Of a stretch of DNA of 64,000 bases, positions 35,801-47,163 are shown piece by piece. Position numbers and translations under genes: made by a program. The stretch comes from Tubiluchus corallicola (taxonomy: Eukaryota; Animalia; Priapulida). How positions within the stretch are numbered: the stretch's first letter is position 1; every line of letters starts with the position of its first letter. The DNA lies in NCBI GenBank assembly GCA_030141605.1, contig JAQGDQ010000092.1:372001-436000 (forward strand). Direction: 5' to 3'. The notes under the pieces were generated by a model. The model was not told the DNA's origin. It saw only the letters and a list, made by a program, of their open reading frames with translations, and did no database searches.

Positions 35801-38800
35801 CTTGTTTTTTTCTATTGGATAGGTAGCGCTTCTTGTAGGAATAATGGCTTCTGAAAATGGACATATTTTGACGATTTTCGGCCAACTCAGTCGAGTCAAT
35901 GGGTCACGACCCGAAATTATAGGCCAAGATGGCCCTCTGCCCTGGCTACATGAACACTAAATTTATAGTTAGGATTAAAAGGCTCTGCTATGAGAAAAAC
36001 TTGAGATTAACAAATTTTTACGGGGGTTATGGGGTTTCCGTGTATGAACCCGGTTACGTGGTTACAGAATCATTAGCATTTATTGCTAGGGTTAAATGAC
36101 TTTGCTATGAGAAAAACTAGGGATAACACTTTTGAAATCGTCATATCATCGCCATCTTGAATTCAATTCAAGCGATTTTTGGCAGTCAAGTAGCCAGTGA
36201 CGTTGCCCACCCCGTGCCCGAATTTCATTAAAATCGTTTGAAGTACAAAGCTGTTAGATCCGAAAGAATCTCTTTTCACCAAATGTAAAATCACTTCTTT
36301 AGCGTTATACTGTAAACCTACTCGACCTGATGGGGGAAATGATGCACTGGCGAAATGATAGACTAGTGAAGTGTACTACTATTTAAATACTTATTGCACT
36401 ACTTCTAATATCAACTGGCGAAAATATATACTGACGAAATGATGCACTGGCGAAGTGTACGAGTATTTAAATACTTTTTCTAATATCAAGTAGCGAAAAA
36501 TTAGACTAGCGAAATGATGCACTGGTGAATAGATAAATTGTCGAACTGATGCACTGGGAAAAGATAGACTGGCGAATAGATATACTGGCGAAATAATAGA
36601 CTGGCGAAATGATAGATTAGCGAAATGACGCACCGGTGAATAGTGGACTGGCAAAACGACATACAATTGAAACTCTGACTGAATAATTCTCATCACCTTC
36701 ATATTCCAAAAAATAGAAATTACTTTACTATATGTAAGAAAACTGCACCAAGTAACAGTTAATCCATTGTCGGTTACTACATTATCAGTTATCACATTAT
36801 CGGTTATTACATTATGAGTTGCTGTGGTATCACAATATGCGTTCACGTTATTATAGTTATGCGTTTTTAGGATCTTACCTTATGCGTTAATTTTTTATTT
36901 CATTATCGGTTAATTTTATTACATTATGCGTTGATTTTTATTACATTATGCATTAATTTTTGCTATTACATTATCAGTTGTAACATGCAATTCCATGCAG
37001 AAAAATGTTAGCATTAGCTGCATATTCTAAGCTCACAAACATTTTCGAAAATCCGAAAATACCATGGAAACTGAACGCCATATTCTGTTATCTCTTTTAG
37101 AACCTGTATTCTCTTAAAATTCTGAATTGTGGACAGATAAAATTGCCCAGAAAAATGAAATGAAAAGAAATGAAGTAAAGTTGAGTGAAATAAGATGAAA
37201 AGAAATAAAATCAAAAGACGCCTGTACAAAAAGATGTTGGGTATAAAATGGGCAAAGAAAATCTCAAATCACAGGATTTATATGATTTAACGAAGAAGGA
37301 ATGGAGTGAGGTCATACAGAAGCATTGGCTTACATGGATTGCACATACCATTAGATTACCACAGGATTCTCCACTTACTACAGCATTACATCAAGCACTA
37401 ATACCTGGGAAAAAACCAAAAGGAGACAGATGTTCTGAAGAAACACTTATTAAATACTCCACTTGACTTAAATAACGTGAATACGTAAGCAGATCGAGCA
37501 ACATGGCATCAAATTATGAGAGGTGCTATGTTGCATAACAGGAGCACCTAAGATAATGTAGTGCAGTTTTGCTCTTTTTATGTTATCGTTGGATTGTGTC
37601 GTTGTTCACAATAGAACATTTTAGTTGAACTAAGTGATTACGAAAAGCCTTTTTATTAACTTGCGCACCTGCTACAATCGATGTGTAATATGCTGATAAT
37701 ATTCTTCCTTGGCAAAAACAAAAAGATGTCGACGCCGCACTCAATGTGTCAGCAAGACTCAATAAAAATGAACTTAAAAGCTAACGAAAGCAAAACTGAG
37801 GAGTTTTGGATTGAGAAATTTGGTTCTTCGCCACCCCGTCTCAATGTAATGTTTATCATCTTAAAGATGTTTATCATCTTATGATGTTTATCATCTTAAA
37901 CATTGTGTATTATTATATGTGTAACTCTAAATGAGACGAATCTAATCTAATGTAATCTATTAAATACAAAAATTATGAAGCCTGGAAGAAAGGTAAATAC
38001 CTAGGAGGTCTATTAGGCACTAAAGAAGACATCAAAAGAGCAAAAATATTTACCTTAGTGCCATTCTCAAACCTTAGAAATGTCTTCAACAACAAAAAAA
38101 TATTAGCAATTTTAGGATCTTTAACACTTTTGTATCATCCATCTTTTTATAGAATTCGGAACTGCGGACACTGGCAATAAATAATCAAATAGAGATACAC
38201 CCGTTACTGCTGGAGATAATATGACGAAACGATATAAGCAACAAGCATTTATATGAAAAGGTTGAAGAGGAAAAATGGACCAGGAGGATTAAATTAATTG
38301 GGTGGGTCATGCTCTGGGGTTACCAGAAGATACTCCACTTATTAAAGTATCTGTGAAACAGTTCAGCCATCAAAGAAACCAAGGAGTGCAAGATTATTTA
38401 CACGGATAGATTTCACGTAAAGAGATCTCAATGGGACGTCTTATTGTGAAAGAAACTTCACCTTGGAGTGAAGCAGAAGGTTGACAATGTTACGTTCCTT
38501 CGACGATAAAACACGTCTTACGATATTATGATATGATCATGTCAGTAAAATCACAATAATGAATTCAATATACATTTTGAAATAAGCGAATAGCTATTCC
38601 TCGCTCTAAGTGTAACAGCATCAGATAGCTTTTTACCTAGCATGTGGTTAAAAGTTATGTAAACTTGTAACTATGAGATGTTGTTATTTTTTCTGACAGG
38701 AATAAAGATTGCTCGCTCCATGGAGAACACAGAAGCTTATAAATTATTGGGAGCCAAAGTGCGATATCGTTCTGCACCCGGTTGTGATAAGCACGCACCA

Positions 38801-39334
38801 GGTAGTGATGCGTTTTGGGAATGCGTAATACGACACAGAACACTTACTTGTTACCATCCGATTGGAACGTGCAAAATGGGAGCAGTGAAGGATAACACGA
38901 CTGTAGTCGGACCAGATTTACGGTAAAAAATAGTAACATCAGTCAACATATAACATCAGTAAATGTCCAAGTTTTTCTGCATTTTTGAACTCTGTACCTG
39001 GTTGAATTTATGAACGTATATAGTGATCCACCATTGATCAGTCATGTTTTAATAGTTCAGATGATGTCTTTATGCAAAATGCCGATATTAAACGTTGCAC
39101 AAATTAACCACATTACATAATTAGGAAAGATAAACTGAACATTTTGCAATGTACATTTTGCTGCAAACAATGATTGCTAATATTTGTCTTTGTAGAGTGA
39201 AAGGACTCTATGGCATTCGTGTGGTAGACGCTTCCGTTATACCTGATCAAACTTCCGGCAATACCAACGCCGCAGCAATCATGATTGGCGAAAAGGGGGC
39301 TCATATGATTAAACAAAGCCATGGTTTAAGGTAG
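26750..39334 (+). CDS. GMC-family FAD oxidoreductase (glucose dehydrogenase [FAD,quinone]/choline dehydrogenase-like), N-terminal signal anchor, 10 exons, 610 aa
   Basis: Exons: 26750-26876, 27518-27726, 28452-28644, 29372-29503, 30625-30926, 31680-31833, 31930-32102, 35203-35383, 38700-38922, 39196-39334. They total 1833 nt with GT-AG introns and consistent phases. Motifs: [95 protein letters not shown]. Confidence 0.95.
27518..27726 (+). CDS. GMC exon 2 (GSGSSG FAD-binding motif)
   Basis: catttag acceptor, GTACAG donor. Confidence 0.95.
27810..27990 (+). mobile_element. SINE copy with a 5S rRNA-like module (not a functional 5S gene)
   Basis: ACCGGAGTTAAGCAACACC...CCCGTTAGTAAATGAATGGATGG...TGGAAAT...GCTGCTCCGGCTCTTT aligns by eye to the 3' two-thirds of 5S rRNA (A box, IE, C box). 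Related copies at about 55450 and 62140. Confidence 0.55.
28452..28644 (+). CDS. GMC exon 3 ([11 protein letters not shown]...[15 protein letters not shown])
   Basis: ctgcag acceptor, GTAAGC donor. Confidence 0.95.
28690..28856. repeat. Compound trinucleotide microsatellite (AAT)(GAA)(AAC/GAC)(AAT)
   Basis: Directly visible. Confidence 0.92.
29372..29503 (+). CDS. GMC exon 4 (YHSKAGPM...DMNGEKQMG)
   Basis: ttttag acceptor, GTACAA donor. Confidence 0.93.
30625..30926 (+). CDS. GMC exon 5 ([11 protein letters not shown]...MLSGVGP)
   Basis: atacag acceptor, GTAAGT donor. Confidence 0.95.
31680..31833 (+). CDS. GMC exon 6 ([12 protein letters not shown])
   Basis: tcccag acceptor, GTCGGT donor. 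Confidence 0.93.
31930..32102 (+). CDS. GMC exon 7 (GPLSGTGVD...PDIQLQ)
   Basis: gaacag acceptor, GTGAGT donor. Confidence 0.9.
32596..32760. repeat. Diverged tandem duplication, about 84-bp unit, two copies
   Basis: TAAGCCMATTTTATCTTAT ... TTCAAATT ... GTGTACC repeated. Confidence 0.65.
34000..34860. mobile_element. Non-autonomous repeat with internal tandem units, possibly Helitron/Helentron-derived
   Basis: CAAATGAAAGGCCT at 34363 and 34500, recurring TTGACCCC motifs; non-coding. Family assignment is inference. Confidence 0.35.
35203..35383 (+). CDS. GMC exon 8 ([14 protein letters not shown]...IDPRYL)
   Basis: ccacag acceptor, GTACGT donor. Confidence 0.95.
36332..36661. repeat. Minisatellite, about 16-bp unit (CTGGCGAAATGATRSA)
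   Basis: More than 12 degenerate copies visible. Confidence 0.85.
36765..36985. repeat. Minisatellite, about 15-bp unit (TTATTACATTATSVG), ending ...GTTGTAACA
   Basis: Repeated ACATTAT cores; probably the terminal array of a MITE. Confidence 0.75.
37212..37550 (+). mobile_element. RTE-like LINE 3' fragment
   Basis: [15 protein letters not shown] / [32 protein letters not shown]...GKKPKG. Confidence 0.65.
37960..38500 (+). mobile_element. RTE-like LINE fragment (post-RT region)
   Basis: [49 protein letters not shown]; decayed. Confidence 0.6.
38700..38922 (+). CDS. GMC exon 9 (catalytic His, [10 protein letters not shown])
   Basis: tgacag acceptor, GTAAAA donor. Confidence 0.95.
39196..39334 (+). 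CDS. GMC last exon ([23 protein letters not shown]...*)
   Basis: ttgtag acceptor, TAG stop; AATAAA at 39421 and 39664 downstream. Confidence 0.95.
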
Positions 39335-39794
39335 TCAGAGACGAATCTTAGGAAATGTGCATAAGTGACAGATGACGATAATACTTTTTAAGCTGGAGTA
39401 TAACTAGCAATTGGGGTGACAATAAAGAAAATTTAATTTTAATTTTGTTATCAATTTGCCACGCTATTATTAACAATACAAGCCACTTGCAACAGCGTCC
39501 AAGATTAAGTCTACAGTGTGGGGACAAATGCTCCACCAGAAAGTTATTTGTTGGAACACGGTACATGTGTTTTTGGAGTAAATCATTGTCGAGGATTAAT
39601 ATTGGTGTAAATAATGATACTAGGCAATTTTTATGTCATTCTATCAACTTGCTAAGATCATAGAATAAAAATTTTAATTTATTTGTGTTTTTTGATAATA
39701 GTATAACTGTCATAATTATTATAAAACCCACTGTTGCACATATCAAATTATGTTATAAAAATCAGCCAAACCCCGCGAAAGAATTTTGCACACA

Positions 39795-39970
39795 CAGCAA
39801 CCCACACCACGCCGAGCCGCACACACTGCACCAATCCACCACACGATACAACACCACAATCACATCACAGCACACCATACCATACACATTACACGATTTC
39901 ATGTCCGCCACACCACACCACACGAAGATGACGACGATGATGGCAGCATAACTACAAACAACAACAACAA
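39795..39970. repeat. CA-rich pentanucleotide-like low-complexity tract followed by (GAY)/(AAC) triplets
   Basis: ACACC/ACACG/ACATC units. Confidence 0.7.
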
Positions 39971-41351
39971 TGCAGAAGCGCAGCGGAACCCTGCAGTTGC
40001 ACAAAGTTGAAACTGGGATTATACTTACAAGAAGAAATAGACAATAAAATAGGACAAAGCGTTAGGTTAAACACCACATTAGTATTTTATTAAAAATGAT
40101 GATTAAAATAAATTAATGCATGGACGAGAATAATGCTTAGAATGGCGTAAAGAATTTCTGCAGTGAGTATGTCTTGTGTCAGTTGTGTGAACTACCTTGT
40201 TTTTGCATTTTATCTTATGTATCTAAAGAAATTGACAAAAAATGACTAAAAAACTATACATAACATTTACGGGCCAACGACCGAAAAGCCACGGTACAAC
40301 ATTAAAATATGTCGGTGTAGTAAGAAGTACCGCTATACAGTGTCTGAAGGAGCGTGGAAGGAACTCATCAATGGTAATTTGATGATCAGGAGGAAATTTT
40401 GGTTTGTGCAAAATGTACAATACTCTTTTTCCATGTGTTATTATTGGTCCAAGCCAGCTTACAATCACAGATAAGACGTCGAGTATCTCTTAGGAATATT
40501 TCCATGTCAGATGTAAAGACATCGGGTTGAAGCTTTGGCATGGCTACGTGCTGCAGCCATGTTTCAGCGATTTTAATGGATCTGATATTTGGTTAGCTAC
40601 TCAAATCCATATCTGCTTTAATTAAAGTGTCAGTTGAAGAAATTTGAATGTTCTCCGGGCTAAGCCAACGTGCAAAAGCGCGAGGTTCAAAAGTTGTTAT
40701 TAAATTACAAAAAACAATAAAAATTTATGCCATTATTTTTAACCTTCGTTATTATACAATCCCTATCTTCAAGGAATTTACCGTTTTTTCTGCTAGAAAA
40801 TTTAGTGCAACTCTTTTTCCTGGTACAGTTGAATAGACAATTCGGCTGCTGGTGTATTGTTGGGCAGAAGCTGGCTCAGTGTTTCCATCTGCATTTCCAT
40901 CAATGTTTTATTATAACCTCATCTTTTTCTGCGTTTTATGCCAAATTGTCGCTCTGGCGAAAGTAACAATCTATTATGCATGGCGGATTCGTAATGCTTT
41001 TTTGTGAATGATGAGCATCGCAGCCATACTGAACTAACACGTTTAGCCAACCCTGCGTTGGCTCATCTAAGGAACCATTTTTCTTGTAAATTTCACACAG
41101 GTCAGCTGTCTCTTCAACAGTAAAATTTGTGAACACTCCAACGTAAATTGCACTACACCAAACCGTCGGCATCGCTCTTAATTTTCGTTTTTCTGTCTCA
41201 AAGATGGCGACAACAACAGTAGCATAGAATGCTCAGATTCATTGCAACGAGTGCAATTGTTACCTCACTAAACTGATGACGCGAAATGTTCTGCAAGCTA
41301 GTATACTGAAATAAGTCTTTTCAGAGCTCCAGCCACCAAAAAATTATTACC

Positions 41352-41735
41352 ATCTTCTTCTTCAAAGTCTCATTCCATCTATTGTAGACATTGAGGCATT
41401 AACATGTATTAGAGTATTCTACCCACTCCTATCTGCAACTAACGGCGTAAGTTCTTCTACTCCTAAAGATAGATATGGATGAAGTTGTTGAACATCTTGA
41501 TTTATTTTAGCTATCCAAGTTGCTTTTGGTTTGTCAGGTGTTTTTTTGCAAGGTTTTTAGACTTCCTTTAAGACGACTCTTATTGGTGCTTCACTTGGTA
41601 ATCTTAGAAGATGTTCTAGCCATCTTAGTCTTCGGATCTTGACTTTTGAACTCCAAGAAATTTCTTTCGTTCTAGTGTATAAATCTTCATTATTGATTAT
41701 ATATGGCCATTTTATCTTTAAACTTTCCAGAGTTC
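41352..41735 (-). mobile_element. RTE-like LINE 3' end with short (GAA)n tail
   Basis: VLKIKWPYIINNEDLYTRTKEISWSSKVKIRRLRWLEHLLRLPSEAP...KPKATW...ADRSG; tail GAAGAAGAAGAT. Confidence 0.7.
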
Positions 41736-44700
41736 ATCACAGTAGCCATAAGTTTGTGTACACGGAAACGCTTTTTTATCACATCACATCACATTACATA
41801 ACATTACATTATATTATATTAGATTATATTGATTTATAATTACATCTACATTAAAATTAGTCAAAACAATTTAATTTAGTTTCATTTAATTTAATTTGGC
41901 TATCTAAACAGTACCATCCTTTATCGACTATTTAGAATCCGTTTGGTCGTAAAAAATTAGAATATGACGTTACCCTAGTGGACTAACAAATGGATTTTTG
42001 ACTGGTGAAAAAACAAGTTAGGGGCAGCTTCATTCGATTGTACTTTTCCGGTCATCACATTCAGACGTCGTCAAGACACTTCTAATGAGCATTACTATCT
42101 CACCTTGGAGAATTGTTTTTAATAATGACCTAAATTGTTGTACCCTCAGCCCGTCACAGCAATCGACATTAATGGCAGACCCTGTCATTCAGTGTTAGAT
42201 TCCGGTCTGAGAATATCGAACTGCATAAAAAGTCCAAAATTTTTAGGAATATGCAGCTCTTTCTGGATCAGTACAAAAGCTGTCACTGGCTTCAATAACT
42301 GCAAAAATGATGATAAAACTCTCATTTCAAATCTCGCAAAATATCCCATAGTGAAGAAGCCAAGTGTAGGAATCAGCAAGCCAATCACGTGACCGAAGTC
42401 TAGTGTGTGCTTTGTTGTTCAGCATCCTCATCTCGGTATTTCCCAGCTTCCCGTGGCATCTAAGCTGCTAGTGGAATTGTGAAAGTAGTGGCGCGGGATA
42501 GAAACTAGTACAAATTTTTCGTCTGGTGAGAAGGCTTAAGGTAACGCAATTTAATTTAGGATCTTTTCTGAAGTATTGAGCATTGACGAGCTGTTTAAAG
42601 GTACGTGAACTGTGTTGATTTACAAACATAGCAACTTTAGTAACGGCAATTGCCCATTTCATTTATTAGCTATGATTATAATGCTTGCGTTACTTCCTTA
42701 GTAAGTCGATTAGGGAATTCTACACCTAATAAATGAATAAGAAATAAAGCAACAAATATATTGAGGAAATAAAATTTACTTAGTGGGAATGAAGGATTGA
42801 AGCTGAAAAGAATGAAAAAGCAAAAAGATAAGAGTAACTAAAAGGTAATAATAGTAGTAAAAGTGGTAATAACATAGACTTGCATCAGATTTTGAAGTCT
42901 GCACTATTAATGAACCGACAACAATGACTGAAAAGAAGGAGCTCCAAAAATTAAATTAAGGTTTGCCTTCGCCATAAGGGCTTGCATTATGTGGTCTAGT
43001 TATAATCGAATTGCAAAGGACCAACCATTCTCCACTCGTGTACTCCACCATTAGTACTGTCATGTGCTAAATATATTTCTGCGGATCTTAGATGCAGAAG
43101 TCAGCAAGGTCAAAATCAGCCCATATCGACCGACCATAACTTCCAATGTAACAACGTTTTTGGTGGTCCTCAGTAGCTTTTGAGAAGGCAATGTCAAAGA
43201 CGTCAAGTAGAGTAACCAACCTCCTACTCCCCCGCACACATAACCGGTACCACCACTCGTAACAATACCATCTAGTAATAGATATCAATTTATTTAACTT
43301 ATTTTAATTGCCTTATAACGAAAGATGAGACTGCCCCCACAATCACGGATTTGGACAACATAAAAATTATTTCAATACATTTTTGATGGCATTTCTCAGA
43401 AGTAAAAGCAGTACTACCTCTCTCTATGTAAAAGCGGAAACGCACCAATCTTTTGTACACAACACAGGTAAATGCTTTCTGCAACGTTGTCGGCTCATCC
43501 CTTACTTATTAATATTAAGGAAGCTTCATAGGTATAATATCAAGTGTCCTAGAATACATTAATTATTAATGAACTTGCATTGGTGAAGGAGCAAGAAGCC
43601 GCAATGGATGATGTGAATTATTGATAAAGCTGGGAGAAGTAGTCGTTAAAAAATACATCAATCACACGCGGCGGAATAATTCTTCCCGAAACTGTCAAAC
43701 TTCATGCGTAAAGTAATGCCTGATTTAGTATTTTCCTCGGTCTACTAATGTTGAGAAATAGTGTGTAAATTGCATTCGTATTTGTTTCACCAACCGTAAT
43801 CCGTTTATCAATAAAGTTCATCTGGTATTAATTCTTTATAGGCCGTCTTCGTAATTAGCACGATTAGAATATTATGTAGTCCGTGAAACTTTTCCTTAAT
43901 AAAGTGATTAGTGTAACACGAGGAAGTGGTCCCTCTGTTGATTCATAATAGGGCGATAGCATAACAGTTTTAGTTTCTGCCCAACTAGATCGACATTCGC
44001 ATTATCACTCCACATTTAAAAGACATACTACGTACATATTCGCATACTAAATCTCAGCATTGGATAATGATTTGCAATAAATAATTAATTGAAGTCATAA
44101 AATTCAGTCCGGATTATTCACTTTTCCTTTAATCAAGTTTGTCCCCAAAAATTTGCCAGTATTGGTTTCATTCTATTTTTATTGTAGTCATGATTAAACT
44201 AAGGTACTTTAATTTGACTGAAGTCGAATAACATAAAAAACACTTTACTCGCGCAAAGCGCTACGAGTTTCACTTCGACTACACTAAAGTATATTTGCCA
44301 GCAGTGAGCAAATAAATTCAGTCAAATTAAAACAAATCGACAGTGAGATCATTACCGTGTAAACTTACATATACTTGTTTTTTTGAAATTGTATTACGTG
44401 CGTGTCTTTCTTAAAATTATTCTAATATAATCTGAACAAGCAAGCAAGTGGGCTAGAATCGAAAGCCTAGGTAATTACAAATAACAGGGCAGATCAGTGA
44501 GATATCCACTAGAATCTGTTATTGACATCACTAGGTCTATAACAGAATTATAGAACTGCTTAGCAGCTCATGTCTATAATTGATTGTCGTCTTTATAATA
44601 ACTGATTTTTGAAAAACATTTTTTGTCCTTTGCTTTTTAACGATATTCGCTAAATTATTTGAATTTGTGAAGCTAATTAAAAAATCAACTTCACAGATTA

Positions 44701-45045
44701 AAATAGTTTAGACGCTATCGTAGTATGGTAATAGTATTTCTGCTATTTAATGAAACTGTTGGTCTAATCTAAAGTAGGACTCACATGTCTAGAAATTCGA
44801 GAAATAGCTACTGCTTTATTATCAATGTTTTTCGAAAACAAGATTTTTACATGTTAATATGTTGCCCTTAAGGTAAAATTTCCAATCCATTTCGTGTGAA
44901 ATGCTAAAAATCGCATTCGTGTTAATCCTTTATACAGTCTCGTCTTCTCAAAAGTGATGCAAATGATAAGTGAATTAGTCCGTCTACTAGTGAACACAAA
45001 ATTGCAAAAGACTCGCAGCAGCACCAGAATTCATACTCTCTACTA

Positions 45046-45281
<236 letters not shown>

Positions 45282-47117
45282 TAGATAGATAGTTTTTTTA
45301 AAATTTATATATATATACCATATATAAATAGATAGATAGTTTTTTAAATTTTCTTCAGCTCGTTAACGATGATGGTTTTTCTGTTAAAGGAAAACACATG
45401 ACATTGCTTTTCTTTATGATGCTGTTTGCCCCTGCAATAATGCGTCAAAATTGCCTTTTCCAGCGTAATTACGTCGCGGTAATTTGAAAACTCACGCAAG
45501 TAATAAAGACTCTCAGAGTCACCTTTCGCGTTAGTCGTTCAGTTTATGAAGAGGAAGAGTTGGAATATTAATGATTTTCGTAGTATATAGTGTTACAGTT
45601 TTTGTAGGTGATACTAGGTATCTTTATGAGCGAGGCGAGCTAAAATTGCTCTCGCAGTCATGTTGTGAAAAACAGAAATGAGCACAACCGGCAAAGCAAA
45701 TTCGGAATTCTGAAATTCTAAAATAAAAGAGATGACATATAGTAGAAAGTTGACAAGCTTTGACGTACCGGTGTGATAGCATCCTAAGAAACTTCTTCTT
45801 ATTAATGATAGCATGAACCCACCCTCTAACCATTATTAATCGGCGATCTTAATATTAATATTGAACTCTTCCGTACGAGATATACAGATTTAAAAATACT
45901 TCGCAATACCACCACCACACACTGCTGATAATCCTGTTTCTGTAATTCTTCCGCCAATACTGCATTATCAATTTGAATATTTCCTATGTTTATACATTGA
46001 GAATCCGACATGATTGTGAAAGCAGCGTTATTATAATTTGTCATAATTTGAATGCCGCAAGCGTACATGGCTTCCAACCCATCATTTCTAAGTCGCTATA
46101 ATCCTAACAGTGAAAATTCATTGCGGGTGTTGAGTGTCAGTTTAAAATCATTAAAATGTTTTAATTCGAATACCGAGAAATCAACATGTCTCCATTTCTA
46201 AATCACTATACATGAAGTTCTGAATACTGAAAATCAATCATGCCTCTATTCATGGCATTATTGAATTACAAAGATTTTTGTAGTTTCTGTCCAACATGAT
46301 TTCCGGCATTCCATTACCAAGTCGTAGTGATTTTGCATGCAGAGACTGACTCCTTCTCCCAATAATAGAGAAACCAATCTCATTTTTCGCTCTAAGGATT
46401 TTACATAAAGCTGGGCAAATCAGCTTTTCTTGGGTTTACCATTGTGACTCTAATCATGCATGAAAAACCAATCGATCATCATTCAAATCACGAAATGTAT
46501 TATCCGACTTTTTGAGAAAAATCGCGAATTCTATGAAGGTTTCCACTCGCTTTCAGAGCACTGCTACTTGACTTCCCTTGTTAAAGCTACTTACAGGAGA
46601 TGCCTCTGCTGAGTAGGCTTGAAGGCGTTTCGGCAAGAATTATTTTTACTCCAGCGAACATGTCTGGCAAAAACCGCAGACGAATTGTAGTTACTAACAT
46701 ATTATGGCTATCGACATGTGGCGTTGTACCATACTATTAACCTGCTAGACAAACGAATGATTGGTTTACTTTGCAGTTGCTGATAGTTGATTATTGAACA
46801 ACGGGCTTGAGACTGACATGGACTGTTTTATTTTCAACAAAAACCTTGTTTTTCAAACGTTTGTCGAGGGTACGAGATTATTACCACACACCTGTTACCT
46901 AGTATTTAGATTTGCAATTATTTTAACATAATTGTGGTCAGCAGTTCTGCATGACACTTGATTCCCTGTCCTTCCTTTCTCCTCGGACAAATATTCAGGC
47001 TTGATCAGCACTAACTACGAAGCAACGACTATAATTTGCCAGTTTTGTTTTTAGAGTCTACCCAACGAAAAGAGGAACAAGGGCAAAAGAATAATAACAG
47101 TAATGATGATTTTGATT

Positions 47118-47149
<32 letters not shown>

Positions 47150-47163
47150 GATGATGATGATGA
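47118..47163. repeat. (GAT)n microsatellite
   Basis: Directly visible. Confidence 0.9.

Noticed and set aside
36332-36661. CRISPR-like array
   Set aside because: Head-to-tail degenerate 16-bp units without unique spacers, in an animal intron, with no cas genes.
41273-41290. CTGATGA...GAAA hammerhead core
   Set aside because: Only 3 nt between the boxes, with no stem II, stem III or NUH site.
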